A DNA stretch of 64,000 nt, from the NCBI RefSeq assembly GCF_036971445.1, contig NC_091471.1, forward strand, positions 129,332,001 to 129,396,000, read 5' to 3'. A model generated the notes under the pieces. That model worked only from the letters and a program-made list of their open reading frames with translations, had not been told where the DNA came from and made no database searches. Origin of the DNA: Narcine bancroftii. Its lineage: Eukaryota. Shown here one piece after another: positions 24,811 to 37,342 of the stretch. Within the stretch, counting starts at the first letter, position 1. Every line of letters starts with the position of its first letter. Made by a program: the position numbers and the translations under genes.

Positions 24811-25784
24811 CTGTGATGAGGAAGAAGCCTATATATCTGTGTTAAAGGTTAAAAACTATTTAAGTTTAATTGTTAAGAAACGTACAGTTATGTTGTAAGC
24901 TTCATTTCATTCTCCCCCATCTCAATAATTGACACAATTTTCACATACTAAATGATTAACAGCACAAGTAATGACTTCCTGTTTTGGGAAAAGGCCAGGT
25001 AATATTGCTGATCATTTGTTCTTGTAGGATGACTTCAGTATATTTCAATTTTTAAAGAGGGGGCATGGGGAGTGGAAAGTGTTGGAATGGATACTTCTGA
25101 GTTGAAAATGATTAGGTATTGGGTGTTAAGGAAACCAAGCAGGGAGGTCTGCTAGTCATGGCTGCCAACAAAGAGGAATAAAATGGAAATGTTGATTGTG
25201 GTACAAATGTTCTCATTGACTTTACTACCTGCCAAATGAGAAACGTTCCTCCCTCCTTAGTTTTCTGAGTGGGATAAATGTCACATTGAGTACTGCCCAA
25301 CTATTGCAATTGGGAAAATGAAAATTGCCAGCTGCAACCTGATGGGGATAGATGCAAGCACTTCAGAGGAAAAAAATTCAATCGGTTGTGGAGCTGTGCT
25401 CTGATTAAAAGAGCTCTGGGGCTTCCTGTGAGCCCGGAAACTTCGGGAGAGTTTGGTTTTGGTCTGCACGGTGGGAATGAAGGCTCAGTGTTAATCTAGC
25501 CCAGTGGAAGCGGTTGACTTTCAGATGCACACGTGTTTGAACACCAGCCTGATTTTACCATCTCAGGTAGGGATTGGAGTAAATGTGCTCTGTTCCTTCT
25601 GAACATACATAGTTAAAATTAGGATCAAGCATGGGAACACATATTTGAAAAAATACATTAGTTTGCTGATTTCCTCCTCTGCACTGAGCAAATTTAACTT
25701 GCTCACATCATTTTCAATATGTAAAGTGGATCCCCTCAGGAAAAGACTGGTAACATTTTTGTAGATTTATTTATTTGGCATGAT

Positions 25785-25960
25785 TGACCAAGCAAGCATT
25801 TATTAATCATCCCAAATTGCTGGGCTATTTTAGTCTCTTGGTGCACCAGGAGCCTTGTGTGGATTAGTTATGGATGGCAAATTTCCTGTCTTGAAGGACA
25901 TTTATGAGCTAATTTTTACATCAATCCAGTAGCTTTCATTGATACTGATTTTATATTCCT
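25785..25960. mobile_element. Old SINE-like fragment
   Basis: GGATGGCAAATTTCCTGTCTTGAAGGACATT...ATCAATCCAGTAGCTTTCAT resembles, from memory, an ancient elasmobranch SINE body. Confidence 0.4.
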
Positions 25961-26121
25961 AATTGATTCCAACTTAACACAGGCCTCTGCATATTTCCCG
26001 AGTAAGTTAAGCTGCTACCACTGGGCCTACCTGTGAGGCATAGAAAAGAGATGGTTTTGCTGTGTAATAGAAAAAACCCTTCTGTGTGCCTCAGAGATGT
26101 TGCTACACTTCATCTTATTTA

Positions 26122-26298
26122 GTTAAATTTAAATTTAGATATAAAGCACAGTAACAGGTCCTTTGGCCCACGAGTCTGTGCTGCCCAATTAGACCCAATT
26201 GACCTGCAACCCCAGGTACCATTTGGAGGGTGGGAGGAAACCGGAGCTCCTGGGGAAAGCCCACACAGACACAGGGAGAAGGTACAAACTCCTTACAG
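26122..26298 (-). mobile_element. HE1/V-SINE-like SINE, 5'-truncated
   Basis: Core TGTGTGGGCTTTCCCCAGGAGCTCCGGTTTCCTCCCAC on minus; (AAATTT)n tail. Confidence 0.8.
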
Positions 26299-26556
26299 TT
26301 GAGAGTTGATGTGTAAGTTACAGGTTTTCTGAGAGAGTCCAAGGGTAATATTGAAGGAGTTATGGATATGTTCACACTTTTCATGGAGGTGAGGCATTAT
26401 GGAGAGCATGGAAGAAAGTGGCCAATGCAGGTCACTCCCCCAAGGGGATCATTCCCCCAAATGGGAATGAAATTCAAAGGCCTTTGAAAGTATGTCCACT
26501 CTGAACTGACACACAACTTCCGATTACATCTCTAGAAGCTCTGTCTTTCTTTTCAC

Positions 26557-26760
26557 TGTTACGAGCCCAGAGGACCTCAAAACCCAGCAGCAATAGATAT
26601 TCACCAAGACAACTGGTTACTTAAACAAAAGTTGATTTTAATTATCTTTAAACATCAAAAAAGTATCAAACTTTAACTTATCACTATTGACTTAACTAAC
26701 CTAACTTAACATCCTTCTAATTCTAAGCGCATGTGTATGTAATGTGTGCGTAATGTATGC
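26557..26760. mobile_element. Probable truncated LTR fragment
   Basis: Abrupt TGTTACGAGCCCAGAGG start and LTR-like composition; other end and TSD not found. Confidence 0.45.
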
Positions 26761-26777
26761 TGAATTCCCAACTGAGT

Positions 26778-27002
26778 GGCCAGTTAGTTTAGCAGTTGTA
26801 CAATGCTTTTACAGCACCTGTGACTCAGTTTTGTATCTAATGTGATCTATAAGAAGCTTATATATTTTCCCTTGTCTGCATGGGTTTCCTCTGGGTACTC
26901 CGGTCCTTCCCACCCTTCAGGTTAATTGCAGGTTAATTGGTGTATTTGGGTGGCATGGGTTCATGGGCCATAACTGTATGTTTAAATTTTTAAAATTTAA
27001 AT
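26778..27002 (+). mobile_element. HE1/V-SINE-like SINE
   Basis: tRNA-like head, TGCATGGGTTTCCTCTGGGTACTCCGGT core, AAATTT tail. Confidence 0.75.
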
Positions 27003-27600
27003 CTCTCACCATACCCTTTGATGGTTTGGTGCTCAGATATCTACAAACCTCTTCTCAAATTTGTGGTTTGACTTGTAGTGCCTTTTGTGGCTGAGGATGC
27101 CACAACTTAACTGGAAATGTTGATATTTTATCACAGATCCCCAGCCAGGAGAAATATCCTACCTACATCCAGTCTGTAAGATTTGTATATTTCAGTGAGG
27201 TCCCCTCTCACGATGCCTGCAAGCCCAGAAGACTCAATCTCTCTTCATACAACAGTCCTGCCATTCCAGGAATTATTCCCATGAACCTTATGGCAGACAG
27301 ATTGGACCTAACACAGAAGAGGAATTGAGAGCTGGAACAAATTGACCAAGAAGAGTGGGGCAGGAGAGAGTGGCTCCAGCTCATATTGTTCTTGCATTCA
27401 CAAAACTTCCTCAAAGGCAAATAAATCCTTTCTTTTGTGAGGAGACAAAAAGTGCACACAACTTCTCAGGTGTGGCCTGGTATAACTGTAATAATAAATC
27501 TCTTCTCCTGTAATCAATTCCTCTTGCAATAGAGGCTAATAGACCATTGGCCTTCGTAGCTGTGCCTTCATAATTCCATTCAGTGACAGACTTACTAGGA
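27003..27600 (-). mobile_element. Decayed CR1 ORF2 3' fragments
   Basis: Minus ORFs IIPGMAGLLYEERLSLLGL and KANGLLASIARGIDYRRRDLLLQLY. Confidence 0.75.
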
Positions 27601-27774
27601 CATTTCAGTTCCTTTGCTTGTCTATATTTCCAGTATATTTTATTTAATTTCATTTTAATTTAGAAACATTCACAAGCCCTTCTGAGCCACAAGCCTGTCA
27701 CAAATACATGCCTGTGACTAATGAGCTTACCAATCCCATAGTAGGCTGGTCATTCCAAAGGTGGATGTGATCAT

Positions 27775-27903
27775 NNNNNNNNNNNNNNNNNNNNNNNNNN
27801 NNNNNNNNNNNNNNNNNNNNNNNNNNNNNNNNNNNNNNNNNNNNNNNNNNNNNNNNNNNNNNNNNNNNNNNNNNNNNNNNNNNNNNNNNNNNNNNNNNNN
27901 NNN
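27775..27903. other. Assembly gap (129 N)
   Basis: Run of N. Confidence 0.99.
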
Positions 27904-28049
27904 GTGTGTTTGCATTTGTTGTTTTTGCAATGCCGTTTGTTTTGATTGTTATTTAAAATTGATTAATGGTGTAATTATTATTTGAGAAATTATGTCTCAT
28001 TATAATAATTAGGGTCCTGTATTGTAGAAGTCATAAGTGCATTATAAGA

Positions 28050-28670
28050 AGCCATAAGAACTTCAAATTCCTGGGTATTAACATCTCCGAGGATCTGTCC
28101 TGGAGCCTCCATGTTGATGCAATCACAAAGAAGACTTGCCAGAGGCGATACTTTGTGAGATGTTTGAGGCGGTTTGGTATGTCACCGAAGACTCTCGAAA
28201 ATCTCTACAGATGTATAGTGGAGAGCATTCTAGTTGGTTGCATCACTCACTGGTACAGAGGCACCAACTCTCAGACAAGAATGAACTCAGCCTGTGACAT
28301 CAAAGGCACCAGAATTCACTCCTTTCAGGGCATCTACATGAGGCGGTGAATTAAAAAAGCAGTCTCTTTCCTCAAAGATCCCCACCACCCAGGCCATGCC
28401 CTCTTCACTCTGCTACCATCGGGAAAAAGGTACAGGAGCATAAAGACGAGCACCCAGCAGCTCAAGGACAGCTTCTTCCCCACAGCCATCAGATTCCTGA
28501 ATAATCAATGAACCGAAGACACCGCCTTACTTTTCATGTACTATTATTGTTTTTTTTTTAATATTATTGTTGCAAGATAGTTCATAATTTGAATATTTGC
28601 TCTATGATGCTGCCAAAAAGCACAGAATTTCATGGCTCTTTCATGTCAATACATTCTGATTCTGATTCTG
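28050..28670 (+). mobile_element. Rex1/Babar-type LINE 3' portion
   Basis: NFKFLGINISEDLSWSLHVDAITKK...RRFGMSPKTLENLYRCIVESIL; (ATTCTG)n tail. Confidence 0.85.
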
Positions 28671-28829
28671 GTTACTTACATTTGTTGGGTTGGTTGTGGG
28701 ATCAGCAGCACCCCGGAATCAGAGGGCTGCTGTGTCTGGTTGCTGCCGTCATCTCGACAGTTGTTCCCATTAATGATGCCCCTTTCTAGTGCCACATTGC
28801 ATTCGCGCATTTTTTCTCTTCAGGCATTT

Positions 28830-29420
28830 TGGACATGCGCGGTGGGTTTCATGTTCTGGGGATGGTGGGGACATGCACAGTGTGTTTCGCATACTGGGAA
28901 CGGTTGGCAAATGTGCAGTGGGTTTTGCATACTGGAGACAGTTGGTGCATACACAGTAGGTTTTGCATACTGGGGATGGTTGGTGCATACACGGGTTTTG
29001 CATACAGAGAATGGTTAGTGCATGTGTGGTGGGTTTCACATACTGAGGATGGTTGGTGTATGCAGGGTGGGTTTCGCGCTATGGACAGTTGGGACATGCA
29101 TGGTGGGTTTCGCGTTCTGGGGATGGTCGACGCATGCATGGTGGTTTCGCGTACTGGGGTCAGTAGGGGCGTGCTTGGAGGGTTTTGCGTAGTGGAGCAG
29201 GTTGGTGCATACACAGTGGGTTTTGTGTACTGAGGACAGTTGGTGTATGTGCAGTGGGTTTCACGTACTGGGGACGGTCAGCATATGCACAGTGTGTTTG
29301 TGTACTGGGGATGGTTGGGTCATGTACCATGTGTTTCACGTATTGGAGATGTTTTGAGCATGCACGGGGTGGGGGGGGGGAAGTGTTGGTGTACTGGGGA
29401 TGGTTGGTGCACGCATGGGA
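28830..29420. repeat. ~38-bp minisatellite, about 15 diverged units
   Basis: Unit approximately TGGTGCATACACAGTGGGTTTTGCATACTGGGGATGGT. Confidence 0.9.
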
Positions 29421-30024
29421 GTTTAGGTGCGATTCCTGAGAGTTGGTTACTCCATCAACTGGGGTGATGGGTTAAAGATTAGGAAGGTGAGAAGGGGATG
29501 AATATTTTTCATTGACCGTTACTATGGGTGTTGTTACAACAGTTGTTATCATTAATATTGGAGTTATTATTGGAACATTATATCATAATAGATCGCTACA
29601 AGTCTTCTGTGTTTATCAATAAATTGTTAAGAAACTCATCTGGATTTAGTAGTGAATTAAATTGAAATCTGTCACAAACAAGAGCCCCACCTAGCCTCCA
29701 AGTTTCTTTTACGGATAGAAGTTGCTATAGACATATTTTCTATCCTTCAATGTCGAAGAACAGTTTTCTAATCTGCAGAATTTTGTAAAATGATAACCAG
29801 TGCATCCTCTATATCCATGGCTCCTACCTCTAAATATTCTGGCATACAGATAATCAAGACATGGTGATTTCCCTGCATTAACTTCTCCAGCATTAATATC
29901 TTACTAATTATATTTCCTTTCATTCCTCCTTTTCAATAGATTTTTAGCTTGCTGATATTTTTATGGAAGGTGATGTTAGATCTCTTCCAGGGAGACAGAA
30001 CCAAAGTATTGGGTTAATCGTGCT

Positions 30025-30438
30025 GCAATACATAAAAGTGCTATGCAACCCAGCAGGTCACTCAGTATCATAGGAAGCGAAGAGCTGTAATGAAAGTTTT
30101 GGGCCTGAGCCCCTTCATCAAGGTGTCAGCAAAAAAAGCAGACAGGCATCTGAAAAAAATTGTGTTAGGGGTAAGAGAGAAGAGGGAAAAAGCTGGGGGG
30201 GGGGAGTTCAGACCCACAAGGAGGAGGTCATAGGTCGTTAAGGCTGGGAGAATAGAAGAGAGAAAAAGCTGAGTGATAGGGGGAAGGGGTAGATCACTGC
30301 ATAGGGAGAGAAGTGGGTGAGGAGCTGGAGGAAAGGAGTCAGAGGATAGGGAAAGAGAAATAAACATGGGAGGGGCATAAAGGAAATTGGAGAAGTCAAT
30401 GTTAATGCCAGACTGAATATTAGGAGCTGTTCTTCCAA
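30025..30438 (-). mobile_element. Penelope 3'/terminal fragment
   Basis: PNIQSGINIDFSNF C-terminus on minus, followed by terminal repeat with TTGATGAAGGGGCTCAGGCCCAAAAC. Confidence 0.8.
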
Positions 30439-30451
30439 ATATGCTGTTATT

Positions 30452-32030
30452 CAAAGGCGAGAAATCAGACTGCTCAAACTATAGGGGAATCATGCTGCTC
30501 TCCATTGCAGGCAAAATCTTTGCTAGGATTCTCCTTAATAGACTTATACCTAGTGTTGCCGAAAATGTCCTCCCAGAATCACAGTGTGGCTTTTGCGCAA
30601 ACAGAGGAACTACTAACACGGTCTTTGCCCTCAGACAGCTCCAAGAAAAGTGCAGAGAACAAAACAAAGGACTCCAGATTACCTTTGTTGACCTCACCAA
30701 AGCCTTCGACACCATGAGCAGGAAAGGGCTTTGGCAAATACTAGAGCACCTCGGATGCCCCCCAAGTTCCTCAGCATGGTTATCCAACTGCATGAAAACC
30801 AACAAGGTTGGGTCAGATACAGCAATGAGCTCTCCGAACCCTTCTCCATTGACAACGGCGTGATGCAAGGCTGCGTCCTCGCACCAACCCTCTTTACTAT
30901 CTTCTTCAGCATGATGCTGAAACAAGCCATGAAAGACCTCAACAATGTAGACGTTGTTTACATCTGGTACTGCACGGATGGCAGTCTCTTCAATCTGAGG
31001 CGCCTGCAAGCTCACACCAAGACACAAGAGCAACTTGTCCGTGAACTACTCTTTGCAAATGATGCCGCTTTAGTTGCCCATTCAGAGCCAGCTCTCCAGC
31101 GCATGATGTCCTGTTTTGCGGAAACTGCCAAAATGTTTGGCCTGGAAGTCAGCCTGAAGTAAACTGAGGTCCTCCATCAGCCAGCTCCCCACCATGACCA
31201 CCATCCCCCCCCACATCTCCATCGGGCACACAGAACTCAAAACGGTCAACCAGTTTACCTACCTCGGCTGCACCATTTCATCTGATGCAAGGATCGACAA
31301 CGAGAAAGACAATAGACTCGCCAAGGCAAATAGCGCCTTTAGAAGACTACACAAAAGAGTCTGGAAAAAAACCACCTGAAGAAACACACAAAGATCAGCA
31401 TGTATAAGCCATTGTCATACCCACGCTCCTGTTCGGCTCCGAATCATGGGTCCTCTACTGGCATTACCTATGGCTCCTAGAACGCTTCCATCAGCACTGT
31501 TTCCGCTCCATCCTCAACATTCATTGGAGTGACTTCATCACCAACATCGAAGTACTCGAGCTGGCAAGCATCGAATCCACGCTGCTGAAGACCCAACTGC
31601 ACTGGGTGGGTCACGTCTCCAGAATGGAGGACCATCGCCTTCCCAAGATCGTGTTATATGGCAAGCTCTCCACTGGCCATCAAGACAGAGGTGCACCAAA
31701 GAAGAGGTACAAGGACTGCTTAAAGAAATCTCTTGGTGCTTGCACATTGACCACCACCAGTGGGCTGATCTCGCCTCCAACCATGCATCTTGGCACCTCA
31801 CAGTTCGGCGGGCAGCAACCTCCTTTGAAGAAGACCGCAGAGCCCACCTCACTGACAAAAGACAAAGGAGGAAAAACCCAACACCCAACCCCAACCCACC
31901 AATTTTCCCTTGCAACCACTGCAACGGTGCCTGCCTGTCCCGCATCGGACTTGTCAGTCACCAATGAGCCTGCAGCAGACGTGAACATACCCCATTGTAA
32001 ATCTTCATCCGCGAAGCCAAGCCAAAGAAA
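30452..32030 (+). mobile_element. RTE LINE copy 2, 5'-truncated, frameshifted
   Basis: KGEKSDCSNYRGIMLLS, LPESQCGF, FVDLTKAFD; near-identical to copy 1. Confidence 0.95.
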
Positions 32031-32304
32031 AGATCATTAGAAATTGTCCTGGTTCTGACTGCAAGAGACCTACATTTGACTTTATTTTTTACTCTGTGTC
32101 AGTACTTGTAGAAGCTTTGACGCTCCTTGCAATTTTACTCTCACCTTTTAATCAAACCTTTACTGAATTCTAAATTGTTCCCAATTCTTAGGCCCAACAA
32201 CTTTCTATGCCTTCTTTTTGCTTCTAGTGCTATCCTTAATTTCCTTTTGTGTTTCAGCAGCAGAAAGGAACATATACCTTTTGCAGCTCCAGCATTCAGT
32301 CTTT

Positions 32305-32485
32305 AACAATGCCGGAGTATCTCAGCAGGGCAAACAGTGTTCTTTATATGGCAAAGAAAAAGATGTATAACCTTCGTTTCGAGCTGGAGCCCTTCATCAA
32401 GGTCTGAGCAAAATGTTAGTTATGCCCCTTTATCTTTGCTATATAAAGTACATTGTGTGACCTGCTGAGATACTCTGGCATTGTG
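32305..32485. repeat. Penelope-derived hairpin (MITE-like) with hammerhead-like core in the loop
   Basis: ~55-bp inverted arms (ACAATGCCGGAGTATCTCAGCAGG... / ...CCTGCTGAGATACTCTGGCATTGT) around CCTTGATGAAGGGCTCCAGCTCGAAACG (minus). Confidence 0.8.
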
Positions 32486-32869
32486 TTTTTACTTCATTGT
32501 CCATCTACAATCATATCTTTTAACAAAGCTCCTCAATCTATTTTAGCTGTCTCACTTCTAATACTTCCAAATTGTCCTTCATTTAAATTTAGAGCTCTAG
32601 TTTTGGATTGAACTGCTGCATTTTCAATCTTAATAATGAATTCCATCACATTATGATAATTTTCCCTGAAGGATTCAAGTTGAAGTTTATTATCATCTGA
32701 AACCACAGGTACAACTAGATGAAACAGCATTTTTTTCACACCACAGTGCACAAACATGTGCATAAAATACAGAGCACATAATATTTACATATGTACTGTA
32801 TACACATAAAGAAATTACATAAATAAATAAATATATAAACGTTTTGGAATAATTTACTTAGTTACGGGT

Positions 32870-35832
32870 TACAGGAGGGATGACCTACCAGGCACAAGCC
32901 ACAGTAATCAGGTCTCTGGCATGGAATCTGGTCCTGTGGCTAAGAAAGGAAGGAGGAGGAGAGGCGAGCTGTAGTGATAGGGGAATCCATAGTTAGGGTG
33001 ACAGATAAGAGGTTCTGTGGAAGAGATCGAGTTTCCAGAATGGTATGTTGCTTACCTGGTGCCAGGGTCTGAGATATCTCAGAATCGCGTTCATGGCTGT
33101 CTCAGGAGGGAGGGTGAGCAGCCAGATGTTGAGATCCAAATAGGGACCAACAGCATGGATAGGAAGGGAGAGTTCAGGGAGTTAGGTGCTATGTTGAAGG
33201 TCAGGACATCCAGGGTTGTGATCTCAGGATTGCTACCCATGCCACGTGTTTGTGAGGTTAGAAATAGGAGGATACTACAGCTTAACATGTGGCTAAAGAG
33301 ATGGTGTAAGAGGGAGGGCTTCAAGTTTCTGGATCATTGGGCTCTCATCCAGGGAAGGTGGGACCTGTTTCAATGGAACAGTTTCATTTGAACTGGAGTG
33401 GAACTAATATCCTTGTGGGAAGGTTTGCTCATGCTGCTCCAGTGGGTTTAAGCTAGATTTGCAGGGGAATGGGAACCAGAGGGCAAGAGCAGTTACAGGA
33501 ATGGAGGAGGGAAAGGATGATGTGCAAATTACATGCACCATTAGAAGTCAACGGGTTGTAGATGGTGGAAATGTTCTAAAGTTCATCTATTTTTATACAA
33601 GGAGCATAGTAGGAAAGATAGACAAGATTAGAGCGTGGATTGACACATGGAATTATGATATTGTGTCCATTAGTGAAACTTGGTTGCAGGAGGGACAGGA
33701 CTGGCAGGTCAATGTTCTGGGCTTCCGTTGCTTTAGATGCAATAGAACTGGGGATGGGGGGAATGACAAAAGAGGGAGGAGTGGCATTGCTAGTCAGGAA
33801 ACATATCTCAGCTGTGCTCAGGCAGGACAGACCATAAGGCTCGTCTACTGAGACAATATGGGTGGAGCTGATGAAAAAAATCACACTCATGGTTTGTATT
33901 ATAGACCACCCAATAGTCAACAAGAATTGGAGGAGCTGCAGAGAGATAGCAGAAATGTGCAGAATCCATAAGGTTTTGATAATAGGAGATTTTAACTTTC
34001 CATATATTGACTAGGACTCCCATAATGTAAAAGGGCTGGATGGCTTGGAGTTTGTCAAATGTGTTCAGGAAAGTTTTCTAAATCAATATATAGAGAGAAT
34101 GTAAAACTGGATTTCATTTTACAGAATGAGACAAGGCAGGTGACAGAAGCATGGGGTCCATTTTGGGTCCAGTGATCATAATGCCATTAGTTTCAAGTTA
34201 ATTATGGAGAAGGATAGGTCTGGGCCTCGGGTTGAGATTCTAAATTGGAGAAAGGCCAATTTTAAGGAAATGAGAAAGGATCTAGAATGAGTGGATTGGG
34301 ATAAGTTGGGATAAGGAGATAAATGGAGAACCATCAAAGGTGAAATTTTGAGAGTACAGAATTTGTATGTTCCTGTCAGGATTAAAGGCAAGGTTAGTAG
34401 ACATAGGGAACCTTGGTTTTAGACATAGGGAACCTTGGTTTGGGGATCTGGTTTGGAAGAAGGGAGAAGTGTATAGCAGGTATAGGCAACATGGAGCAAA
34501 TGAGGTACTTGAGGAGTATAAAAAATGCAGGACAAACCTCAAGAAAGAAATCAGGAAGGCTAAAAGAAGACATGAGGTTGCTTTGGAAGAAAATTTAAAA
34601 GAAAATCCTAATGGTTTCTACAGATATATTAAGAGCAAAAGGATAGTAAAGGACAAAATTGGTTCCCTTGAATAGTTGGTTTTGAATGGAGCCAAAAGAG
34701 ATGGGGGAGATCTTAAATTTTTTTTTTCATCTGTATTCACCCAGGAAACAGACACAGAATGAAAAAAGGAACTGAGACAGATTAAAGAGCAGGAATTGCT
34801 TGCTATCTTAAAGCAAATAAGGGTGGATAAATCCCCAGGGTCTGACAAGATATTTCCTCAGGCCTTGTGGGGGGCTAGTGTAGAATTTGCAGAGGTTCTG
34901 GAAAAAATATTTAAAATATATTTATCCATGAGTGTGGTGCTGGAGAAGCTCAAGTTGTTCAAGTTGTTCCATTGTTTCAAAAAGGCTCCAAAAGTAACCC
35001 TGGAAATTATAGACTTTTGAGCCTGACCTTAGTAGTAGGTAAACTATTGGAATATATTCTAAGAGATCATATAGACAACTACTTGTATAGCCACAATATG
35101 ATTAGGGTTAGGGTTAGTCAACATGGCTTTTATGTGGTAGGTCATGTTTAACCAATCTTACAGAGTTTTTTGAGGAGGGTACCAGGAAAGTTGACAAAGT
35201 AGGACGTGTGGATGTTGTCTACTTGGACTTTAGTAAGGCCTTTGATGAGGTCTCACTTGGGAGACTAGTCAGGAAGGTTCAGATGCTAGGTAGTGGTGGA
35301 TGATTGCTTCTGAGAATGGATTGCTTCTCCGACGAGTGTGGCTCAGGGATCGGTGCTGTGACCATTGTTGTTTGTCATCTATATCAATGATCTGGATGAT
35401 AAAATGTGGTAAATTGGATCAGAAAGTTTGCAGTTGACACTAAGATTGAAAGTATTGTGGACAGCAAAGAAGGTTTTCAAAGCTTGGCGAGGAATCTGTA
35501 CCAGTTGGAAAAATGGGCTGAAAAATGGCAGATAGAAATTAATGCAGACAAGTGTGAGGTGTTGCATTTTGGAAGGACAAACCAAGAAAGAATATATACA
35601 GTGAATGTCAGGGCATTGAGGAGTGTGGTAGAACAGAGGGATCTGGGAATTCCTTGGAAATGGTTTCACAGGTGCATAGGGTTGTAAAGAGAGCTTATGG
35701 CATATTGGCCTTCATAAATCAAAATAGGAGCTTGGATGTTATGTTAAAGTTGTATAAGACATTGATGAAGACAAATGTAGAGTGTTGAGTGCAGTTTTGG
35801 TTACCTAATTATAAGAAAGATATCAGTAAGAT
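32870..35832 (+). mobile_element. CR1 LINE: ORF1 esterase, APE endonuclease and RT, decayed and 3'-truncated
   Basis: VISGLLPMP, FKFLDHW; DIVSISETWL, IGDFNF, SDHNAISF; DKSPGSD, YLDFSKAFD, AQGSVL, KFAVDTKI. Confidence 0.92.
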
Positions 35833-37342
35833 AGACCAGCTCACCAGGGACCAGAAGTCTGATGAGGAGACGAGAGCCTTCAAGACTGCCATCACGGGCC
35901 TGTGGTTCCGAGACCTCCCGACTCCAAGTGACGAAGGCACCATCCTGTGCGATTTCTCCATGGGCACCCCACGACCAGTGGTTCCCCAACAGTGGCTCAG
36001 GCAGGTCTTCTGTCACATCCACGACCTTTCACATCCGTCCATCAACTCCATGGTCCGGATGGTAGCAGAATGGTTCGTATGGCATGGACTGTGGAAATAG
36101 ATTGATGGCTGGGCCAGAACATGCACCCATTGCCAGATGTCCAAGGTGCACAGGCACACCAGGGTGCCTGTACAGGAGTTTAAGCACGTCCAGGAATGGT
36201 TCAGCCACATTCATGTGGACATTGTCGGACCCTTACCCATTTCCCGGGGCAACTGTTACCTGTTTACAATGGTGGACCGCACAACTCACTGGCCTGAGGC
36301 GATCCCAATGCCAGAAGCCTCCATCTACTCCTGCTCCCGAGCACTGTTGCATGGTTGGGTCACCTGGTTCAGCTTCCCGGGTCACCTCACCAGCAATCGG
36401 GGTGCCCAGTTCACATCTGCACTCTGGGCGCAGCTTGCCAACAGGTTGGGGATCCAGTTACACCGCACCACAGTCTACTACCCGCAGGCCAACGGACTGG
36501 TCGAACGTCTGCACCGCCACCTTAAGTCGGCGCTCATGGCCCGCCTCACCGGTCCTGATTGGGCAGATCAACTGCCTTGGGGGCTCCTGGGCATTCGCTC
36601 CACTCCCAAGGAAGATTTGCAGGCGTCATCTGCTGAGCTGGTCTACGGTGCGCCGCTGGCACTACCTGGTGAGTTCGTCAATGCACCTCACAATCCACAG
36701 CGGTCGGCGCACAAACTACTTCTTCATCTTAGGGCACGCTTGGATTCATTTGAACCCCCACCGCGGCCCAGAAATGGCACCTGCCCATCTCACATTCCCG
36801 GCAAACTGCTTTCCATGGAGTACGTTTTTGTTCGGCAGGGCCCGACTGCGGCACCTCTGCAGCGACGGTAAAAGGGGCTACGTTCACGCTAGACATTGGT
36901 GGCAGGCAGCAGCTGTTTACTGTGGACAGGCTGAAGCCAGTGCACCTCGATCCCACTGAGCCTGTGGTCATAGCCCAGTCCAAGAAGCGAGGCCGCCTGT
37001 TGAATAAAGACACTGGCGCTGGTTCTGGGGGGTGGGGTATGGCTGTGTGACAGCTCACCACTAGGTAGGCGAACCGGCCTCGCTTGTAAGCCATGCGGTG
37101 GGGCAGCTGGCCAAAATGGTGCCGTTGGGGGTGTTCCTTTCCTGCCAGCACGGTTCTCAGAAGCCCGCGCTAGGGGACCACGTGACGCCCGGGTGACATC
37201 AGCACCCTCTAGCGCGGTTCTCAGCCAGGTCCGGGCTGTGAGTATAAGTACAGCCCAGCAGCCTGCAATAGCCAGTCTGCTCACTGAACTCAACCCGTCT
37301 GGTTGTTTGTGTTCTTTCAGGAGCACTGTAGCTGCCGCTACA
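35833..37342 (+). mobile_element. Gypsy 3' half: integrase, PPT and 3' LTR (37046-37342)
   Basis: HHCC region then HIHVDIVGPLP...HLTSNRGAQFTS...PQANGLVERLHR; G-rich PPT at about 37027-37037; LTR TGTGACAGC...GCCGCTACA with TATAA and AATAG. Confidence 0.92.

Noticed and set aside
28830-29420. CRISPR-like array or repeat-protein gene
   Set aside because: No unique spacers, units are contiguous, 38-bp period is not a multiple of three, and the context is eukaryotic
35102-35117. Interstitial telomeric TTAGGG
   Set aside because: Only 2.5 units inside CR1 coding sequence (likewise near 23500); a micro-duplication
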